From: an uncultured virus (IMG/VR IMGVR_UViG_3300031693_000204) | Taxonomy: Duplodnaviria > Heunggongvirae > Uroviricota > Caudoviricetes | DNA length: 64,000 nt | Direction: 5' to 3' (one strand) | IMG/VR virus record: IMGVR_UViG_3300031693_000204 | Shown here: positions 58,148 to 64,000 of the stretch, in pieces | Layout of the letters: each line of letters opens with the position of its first letter | How positions within the stretch are numbered: the first letter of the stretch is position 1 | Made by a program: the position numbers and the translations under genes | Notes under the pieces: model-generated | What the model was told of the DNA's origin: nothing | Database searches by the model: none | What the model saw: the letters and a program-made list of their open reading frames with translations, nothing else

Positions 58148-58459
58148 ATGCCAGCGAAAATGGAACAACCTTGGAACGAACGACGGGAAGCATTGTTTGG
58201 AGACCTGATCCAACTCACATTGGACTTGGATCGTGGCAATGTTCCTCACGTTTCCAGCGACATGAACCACATCTACGTTCACTTTGAAGACGAAGATGGA
58301 AAAGACATTGGGCATCTGGCTTATGCTAGTGCATTGCACGGTCTTTACAATGATGTTTGGATGTGGGCAGATAGCTCAACCGAATGTGACGACAACGGCG
58401 AGCCAGTTGATGATCTGGACATTAAACAAGCGGTTTGCCTTTCACTCAGAACCCACTAA
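58148..58459 (+). CDS. Hypothetical protein
   Basis: GGAG RBS after motif. Confidence 0.55.
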   Translation: MPAKMEQPWNERREALFGDLIQLTLDLDRGNVPHVSSDMNHIYVHFEDEDGKDIGHLAYASALHGLYNDVWMWADSSTECDDNGEPVDDLDIKQAVCLSLRTH

Positions 58460-58469
58460 AGGATATGAC

Positions 58470-58931
58470 ATGAATACTCACTTGGGAGTCAACTGGCACG
58501 AAGACCAACGGAAACACAACTCATTCTCAATTCGCATCGGCGGATCGAATGACTTTGTGAGCAAGATCGACCCGGAAGACAAACGAAGCTGTCCTCCCGG
58601 AAGCGTGGACTTGGTTGATGGAAGAAATTATCCAGACGTGATGAAGTTTGGAACACTGGACGAAGCACTGGAAGCTGCCGATCTGGTCTTCTCAATTGAA
58701 GGTTTCCACAACAGCATCGAGTCTGAGCTAGTACCGGACACCGGGAATCCAATTACTGTCGAGCACTTGGAAGTTTACTTCTGCCCTGAGTGGCAAAGTC
58801 GAGACGGTAACGGTTTTTGTGTAGACAACAGCAATGACTCAACTGGTCATCGCTTCCCCGACAATTTCAGTTGCGGAGCGTTCATCTGCTCGGAACTGGA
58901 ACGATTAAAGAAAGAAGCGAAAGCAGCATGA
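58470..58931 (+). CDS. Hypothetical protein with internal motif copy
   Basis: Motif at 58736 read as PDTGN. Confidence 0.6.
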   Translation: MNTHLGVNWHEDQRKHNSFSIRIGGSNDFVSKIDPEDKRSCPPGSVDLVDGRNYPDVMKFGTLDEALEAADLVFSIEGFHNSIESELVPDTGNPITVEHLEVYFCPEWQSRDGNGFCVDNSNDSTGHRFPDNFSCGAFICSELERLKKEAKAA

Positions 58932-59311
58932 TCTTAGCAGAAGCCGGATACGAAAAAGAAACGCACGACACGGGAGTCGCCAAAATCAAGGCGATGAAAC
59001 CCAACATCGAGCAAGCAATCCGGGAACTGGTTAAGTTGTACCACTCCCTTTACGAAGTGGACGCATACAACATTAACTGCGGAATGTGTGAAGATTTTTC
59101 CGCTGATGTGATTGCGATACTTGCTGACGGCAAAGAGTCAGAAGAACTTTGTGCCGTCTGGCATGACAATATGACAGATTGCACTCAAGCAGAAGAAAAT
59201 CACTGGGCGCACAACTTCGTAATATACGAAGGTCGCTTTTACGATTCACAATCACCCGAAGGGGTTGATGACTGGCGAAACATTCCAGCGTTTGCCAACA
59301 ACCCTGTATAG
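58928..59311 (+). CDS. Hypothetical protein
   Basis: INCGMCEDF...H...FYDSQSPEGV. Confidence 0.6.
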   Translation: MILAEAGYEKETHDTGVAKIKAMKPNIEQAIRELVKLYHSLYEVDAYNINCGMCEDFSADVIAILADGKESEELCAVWHDNMTDCTQAEENHWAHNFVIYEGRFYDSQSPEGVDDWRNIPAFANNPV

Positions 59312-59329
59312 GACACCGGGAAGGAAGAT

Positions 59330-59707
59330 ATGAAAGGTCAATGTTTCCCATACGCCGTGCAACAAGCAATGCAATTCGGCATGGCTGAATCAGAATCAGA
59401 CTTCGCCGTGGTTCATGGTGTTGTGCATACTCCATGTGCTATTCCAGCACATCGTTATGTTCACGCTTGGATCGAATGGCATGGCGCAGTCCACGACTGG
59501 CAGACGATGAAAGCCGGTCATGGCGGCAAGTACGAGAAGAAAGGATACCCAAAGGTCATTTTCTATGCTCTTTACAAACCAGAGAGAATCAAGACCTACA
59601 CCGCTGCGGAAGCAATGGCTGAATGTCTAAAGAGTAATCACGAAGGACCGTGGACGGATGATTTCGATGATGTTATCATGGAGCAACTGGACCGGCAACC
59701 AGCATAG
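59330..59707 (+). CDS. Hypothetical protein (Cys-His-Asp, transglutaminase-like)
   Basis: GQCF, VVHG, HAWIE, HD. Confidence 0.55.
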   Translation: MKGQCFPYAVQQAMQFGMAESESDFAVVHGVVHTPCAIPAHRYVHAWIEWHGAVHDWQTMKAGHGGKYEKKGYPKVIFYALYKPERIKTYTAAEAMAECLKSNHEGPWTDDFDDVIMEQLDRQPA

Positions 59708-59739
59708 GACACCGGGAAGAGAGTCGAAAGGAAAACATA

Positions 59740-59961
59740 ATGGTGAAACAAAAACACACTGTCGATTTCTTTGACTCAATGACGATGAAGAACCGGACTG
59801 AAAAATGTGTCGTATTGAGTATGTCTCTTAGCGACAACGAAGATGTTGAAGATATGGCAACTTGTCAGATCGAAAGACCAATCCGCAAACGTATTCGAGT
59901 ACCGATTACTTGTCTGGTCTGTTTGCATACTGGACAACGATTGCCATTTCCAGTCGAGTAG
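59740..59961 (+). CDS. Small hypothetical protein
   Basis: Bounded by motif copies. Confidence 0.5.
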   Translation: MVKQKHTVDFFDSMTMKNRTEKCVVLSMSLSDNEDVEDMATCQIERPIRKRIRVPITCLVCLHTGQRLPFPVE

Positions 59962-60010
59962 GACACCGGGAAGAGAACTGTAAGAAACAACCACATTCAG
60001 GAGACAAAGC

Positions 60011-60766
60011 ATGTTCGGTTACAAGATGGAAATTGAGAATCGCCAACGATACTGGGGCGCACGAGCTATCTTCAAGGGATACTCGGACAACTACAACATC
60101 GACCTCTTGTGGGATCGTCAATCCGTGGACGGGATGAGCGATCCGGCAACTCCCGAAGATGAAGCATTCGTGCTTTGGATTAACGAGCGAGCATTGCCTT
60201 GGCTGCGAGAAAAGGTCAAGGAACTTGCCCTGTCAACCAACGAAGCACAGGACATTGTGTTGCAAGAGTTCAACTACGAACTGCGAGCCAACACCAATGC
60301 AAGCTGCGGATACCTCTACATCGGTGTTGCAGAACACCCGGTCGAGGAACTTGAGCCGATCAAAAACACCGCTTCCGGTAAGGACGAACGAGTCTTTCAA
60401 GTCGCTGGTAAGAAATTCATCTGGGGAGTTGACCACAATCCTCCGCTGCCCGGTACTCATGGTGATATTCCATGCAACCAGCGTGGCACCGGAAAGGTTG
60501 TCGGATACTTCGACGAACCTTACAAAGAAGGACACAATCTGCTCTGCCTCATGGTCGAGTACGATGAACCGGCTGATTGGCTGGTCTCCCAGACGATGGA
60601 TGATCGTATCAAGAAAGACGTGAAAGCCTTTCGTCTGGAAGCTAAGCGTGGAACTGATCCAGAACACGGAATTCCTTCGCCAAAAGCATTGAAGGAATGG
60701 AAAAAGAACTTCAAGCTCGGACCTTGTATCGTCTGGGATGGTGACTTCAAGGTCAAGGCCGCATAA
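60011..60766 (+). CDS. Hypothetical protein
   Basis: AGGAG RBS; bounded by motif copies. Confidence 0.65.
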   Translation: MFGYKMEIENRQRYWGARAIFKGYSDNYNIDLLWDRQSVDGMSDPATPEDEAFVLWINERALPWLREKVKELALSTNEAQDIVLQEFNYELRANTNASCGYLYIGVAEHPVEELEPIKNTASGKDERVFQVAGKKFIWGVDHNPPLPGTHGDIPCNQRGTGKVVGYFDEPYKEGHNLLCLMVEYDEPADWLVSQTMDDRIKKDVKAFRLEAKRGTDPEHGIPSPKALKEWKKNFKLGPCIVWDGDFKVKAA

Positions 60767-60819
60767 CCGGACACCGGGAAGAGAGTCGTACAAAACACAA
60801 AATTTGTAAAGGACAAGAC

Positions 60820-61275
60820 ATGACAACAGACACACTACTTCCAATCTTTCACACTGTTAATGCTCCCATCACGGTCTCCGAAGGACGAATGCGGGACTTG
60901 CTTTGCTCCGCTATCGAGGGAGGCAGTGCGTATTGGGCATGTAACATGCAACACGAACTTGCCGAAGGTCTGGTCATCGGCGACTTCACCAAAGGCGGCA
61001 AGGAAGCACTCAAGGTCGAGGAATACTTTCCTTCGCACCAACTGATCCCATTCGTTGAGGGTTGTACTCTTCTGATCGAAGACACCGAAGAGGAAGACGA
61101 AGATGGAAAGCCAGTTGTGTACCGATTGGATCGAGCCGCAATGCAACGTGGACTTGATCTGATGGCAACGCAAATGCCGAAACACTTCACCGACTTCATC
61201 GACGAAAACGATGATGCAATCACTGCCGATGTTTGGTTTCAACTATCCTGCATGGGCGAAGTTGTCTACGGATAG
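60820..61275 (+). CDS. Hypothetical phage protein
   Basis: AIEGGSAYWA...DAITADVWFQ...GEVVYG. Confidence 0.7.
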   Translation: MTTDTLLPIFHTVNAPITVSEGRMRDLLCSAIEGGSAYWACNMQHELAEGLVIGDFTKGGKEALKVEEYFPSHQLIPFVEGCTLLIEDTEEEDEDGKPVVYRLDRAAMQRGLDLMATQMPKHFTDFIDENDDAITADVWFQLSCMGEVVYG

Positions 61276-61321
61276 GACACCGGGAAGAGAGTCGTAACAA
61301 CCACATTCAGGAGAAAACGAA

Positions 61322-61735
61322 ATGCCGAAGCAAGAGATTCGAGTAACACGACCACTTTACAGCACCGACCCGGATCGAACCGCTCGGCAAGGTGAGTACA
61401 TCTACGGCGATGAAGAGGCAACATTCCAAACCATGCTATTGCGTGCCTTGGATAAGTTTCCCGGCGAACCTTTGGATGTTGAATCCGAAGATCAGTACAT
61501 GGGACGCTTCATGGCGAAGCATCATGGTACACCCGATCAAATGATCATCAAGTTGCCACTGGATGAACCGGGAGTCAGTAAGGACACTGCCGGTTACGCA
61601 CTCGATGTGTTCACAAGCTATTGTAACACAAAAGAAACCTCGCTCGGAGTCGATCTTGCCTTGGCAAGACTTGCCAAAGCACTTGGACGACGACTGGACT
61701 ACGAGCAAGTGGAACTGCTGGAAAGGAATGGATAA
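61322..61735 (+). CDS. Hypothetical protein
   Basis: AGGAG RBS after motif. Confidence 0.6.
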   Translation: MPKQEIRVTRPLYSTDPDRTARQGEYIYGDEEATFQTMLLRALDKFPGEPLDVESEDQYMGRFMAKHHGTPDQMIIKLPLDEPGVSKDTAGYALDVFTSYCNTKETSLGVDLALARLAKALGRRLDYEQVELLERNG

Positions 61736-61891
61736 TGGCGGAACAGGACACCGGGAAGATGGATGAGAGAACAGTCCGAAGACTGATCGGAGAAATTGAT
61801 GGTTTTCATGGGAATCAGTTGAAGCACCGAACTGAACAGCACATTGCTCAGGAAGTTCGAGTTATTCAACGATTCCTAAAGGAAGAAAAAG

Positions 61892-62146
61892 ATGAGCGAT
61901 CCAAGAGTTGATGCAATCCGAAGCGATGCAAAAGTTGGACGGGGAACTTGCACGTCAATTGACGAAGCAATGACCGACGATGAATTGATTGAAGCACTTG
62001 ACGAAGCAGGAGTGAAAACACCTGCCAAAGCGGTCAAGTGGGCAATCGACGACGAAGGATTGAGAATCGAGAACGCAACCAACCACCGCTGGGGAAGCGA
62101 CGATGATCCTGAACTGAAACGCTTACGGGAATGGAACGAAGAGTAA
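61892..62146 (+). CDS. Small hypothetical protein
   Basis: AGGA RBS; stop abuts motif. Confidence 0.6.
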   Translation: MSDPRVDAIRSDAKVGRGTCTSIDEAMTDDELIEALDEAGVKTPAKAVKWAIDDEGLRIENATNHRWGSDDDPELKRLREWNEE

Positions 62147-62194
62147 CCGGACACCGGGAAGAGAAGCGTAACAACCACATAAACGGAGAGACAA

Positions 62195-62671
62195 ATGAGC
62201 AATCGCATTACTGCCTACACCGATGCACCAACTGATTATGATTATCGTTGGATGCGTACCGAAATTGAAAACTACGCACTCTACGACGGCAAGAAGTCGA
62301 TCCGAATGTGTAGCAATGATGATAGCTGGCATTGCGATTCTCAAATCCAGCGATACGGTTCAGGAATGCACCTTGGACTTACGCAAGCGAGTTTCGACGA
62401 TTATGTCACGAGTGGGCTGATTGTGCTCACGCCAGACCTGCAAATCGTTCATCACCGGGCAGTCATTAACCTGCCAGATGATTACGATTATGACAGTGAC
62501 GGAACTTTCTTCAAGGCATACGAATACTACGCTTGCGGTGAAGGTAAAGCCGAAAACGTGAAGGTCGAAAGTGGTGCCTTTGGTGGAGGATCGAAGGAAA
62601 TCAGCATCTATGTTGTCGGCGACAAGCCGCTGTTCGACAAGATCGTTGCAGAACTTAAAGAAGCCGCATAG
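62195..62671 (+). CDS. Hypothetical protein
   Basis: Bounded by motif copies. Confidence 0.6.
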   Translation: MSNRITAYTDAPTDYDYRWMRTEIENYALYDGKKSIRMCSNDDSWHCDSQIQRYGSGMHLGLTQASFDDYVTSGLIVLTPDLQIVHHRAVINLPDDYDYDSDGTFFKAYEYYACGEGKAENVKVESGAFGGGSKEISIYVVGDKPLFDKIVAELKEAA

Positions 62672-62718
62672 GACACCGGGAAGGGCAGTAACGAAACAAC
62701 CACATTAAGGAGTTAAAA

Positions 62719-63231
62719 ATGAATTTGCTGCTCGCCGAAAAATTGTGCAAACACTTGATGAAAGAGTGGGACATTGACCCAAAGTGGGAGTTTTGCTGGT
62801 CAAATGGCAAACGCCAACTTGGTTGCGTGAAACAAACAAAGCCAGAGTTTGTTGAAATACAGCGTGCCGCTGGTAAGAAAGTTATCAGCAAGCTCTGCCT
62901 TTCTCGTCATCTGGTGAGGAACAATCCCGAAGATGAAGTGAGAGATACCATCCTGCATGAAATCGCTCACATCAAGGCCGGTCACGAAGCTGGTCATGGT
63001 CCGCTTTGGAAACAATGGGCCAGAAAAGTTGGTGCAAGGCCGGTTCGGTGTGCAACGCAAGTTCTCATGGTGCAAGCCAAGTACATTGTTGTTTGTACCG
63101 TGTGTGATTCAGTGACTCGGAAAGCACACAAGAGAGTTAAGTTGGCAAGACGATACTGCCGAAAGTGTGGAGTCTCTTCTTCTGGCAAGCTCGAACTACG
63201 ACACAACCCCGAAGCTGGTCAAGTCAAGTAG
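62719..63231 (+). CDS. SprT-like zinc metalloprotease
   Basis: DTILHEIAH, HGPLWK, CTVC...CRKC. Confidence 0.8.
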   Translation: MNLLLAEKLCKHLMKEWDIDPKWEFCWSNGKRQLGCVKQTKPEFVEIQRAAGKKVISKLCLSRHLVRNNPEDEVRDTILHEIAHIKAGHEAGHGPLWKQWARKVGARPVRCATQVLMVQAKYIVVCTVCDSVTRKAHKRVKLARRYCRKCGVSSSGKLELRHNPEAGQVK

Positions 63232-63265
63232 GACACCGGGAAGACAACCGAAAGGACAAAAAACT

Positions 63266-63523
63266 ATGAGCGAAACTAAAACATTACCCGAACTACAACA
63301 GCGTCTTATGGATGCTGAACTCGGACTCGTCGAAGATGATTTCGGCTATCACGCTACCGATCTGTACGTTGTGGCAAAGCCCGGCGTTCGAGAGTGGTTG
63401 AAAGCCAACTACGAATTCTTTTCCAACATCACCGGATTCAGAAGCCAAGAGGGTTCTGACTGGAATGGTGCTGGCAAGTTCTGCTTTGATATCCCTTTCG
63501 CTGGCAATTGGGAAAGGAGATAA
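63266..63523 (+). CDS. Small hypothetical protein
   Basis: HATDLYV...FDIPFA; bounded by motif copies. Confidence 0.6.
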   Translation: MSETKTLPELQQRLMDAELGLVEDDFGYHATDLYVVAKPGVREWLKANYEFFSNITGFRSQEGSDWNGAGKFCFDIPFAGNWERR

Positions 63524-63587
63524 CCGGACACCGGGAAGTGACCTGTAAGAGAAACGAACCTTTTTCAACCACACTGGAGACAAAGAA

Positions 63588-63932
63588 ATGACGAAGAACA
63601 AAACCGGCAATACGATCAATCAGATGCTCAGCAAGGCACGCACCCGCTTTCAGTGGTTGCAAAAATTGCAAAAGAATGTTTCACCCTTGCTCAACAAGTT
63701 GTCAGACTTTGAACTGGCACGCAATGTCTACGATCCGCCAAAGGTCGCCAACACGTTGACACTCACCTACTGTGGTGAAGAGACACCAGAAGCAGTGCTG
63801 AAAGCACGAAGTCGCTTCGAGAAGGTATTCGGCACGATCAACGATGACAATACCGTCGTTGTCAAGTGTGGTCGAATCACCATGACGATTACCGTGGTCA
63901 CTCCGACCGTTACCTTGAAAAAGGCCGCATAG
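63588..63932 (+). CDS. Hypothetical protein
   Basis: GGAG RBS; bounded by motif copies. Confidence 0.6.
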   Translation: MTKNKTGNTINQMLSKARTRFQWLQKLQKNVSPLLNKLSDFELARNVYDPPKVANTLTLTYCGEETPEAVLKARSRFEKVFGTINDDNTVVVKCGRITMTITVVTPTVTLKKAA

Positions 63933-64000
63933 GACACCGGGAACAATGGCATGGAAGCCACTAAGCCCAATCGGAGAAAAGAAAATGATACTGCAAAAAG

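Larger units (their letters stand above)
24546..63944 (+). repeat. Dispersed polar repeat GGACACCGGGAA(G), about 50 copies in the window
   Basis: Core starts at 7146, 23983, 24551, 24884, 25142, 26574, 26985, 27955, 34216, 35031, 35946, 36794, 38376, 39601, 40876, 41919, 42557, 42799, 44105, 45329, 46875, 47512, 48579, 49596, 50276, 50749, 51216, 51748, 53080, 53894, 54674, 54904, 55366, 55571, 56337, 56963, 57613, 58093, 58736, 59311, 59707, 59961, 60769, 61275, 61746, 62149, 62671, 63231, 63526, 63932; degenerate copies near 39702 and 52453. Confidence 0.97.

Noticed and set aside
24546..63944. Repeat array as CRISPR or classical integron
   Set aside because: Repeat is only 12-18 nt, spacers are whole genes of very variable length, there is no attC-like inverted structure, and no cas or integrase gene is visible
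38374..63946. Amber readthrough at TAG-motif junctions producing systematic polyproteins
   Set aside because: Only about 3 of 15 checked junctions (48579, 54674, 59311) are in frame with the next gene, which is chance level
1..64000. Genome-wide TAG reassignment (code 15)
   Set aside because: Long ORFs are intact under code 11 and TAG ends many genes directly before a new RBS

Overview
Gene-dense, mostly + strand segment that reads as a large (jumbo-type) bacteriophage genome. A Planctomycetota host is plausible from CsrA, BON-domain and prepilin-type genes (inference). No structural or polymerase genes are visible. The left part (1-24 kb) carries host-takeover genes under sigma70-like promoters: radical SAM, (p)ppGpp hydrolase, RNA ligase, WGR-PARP, ARC-like AAA ATPase, Nudix, a tRNA(CAU) split by a group I intron, an amber (CUA) tRNA, and a PTH2-like gene with an in-frame TAG at codon 5. 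The right part (24.5-64 kb) is an array of short, unrelated genes punctuated by about 50 same-strand copies (counted by eye) of the motif GGACACCGGGAA(G). The motif is usually fused to the upstream stop codon, often follows terminators, splits a UvrD helicase, brackets an HNH gene and sits at a local duplication. The motif-punctuated array and the amber-gated PTH2-like gene are the most notable systems. All calls are by manual reading; no searches were run.
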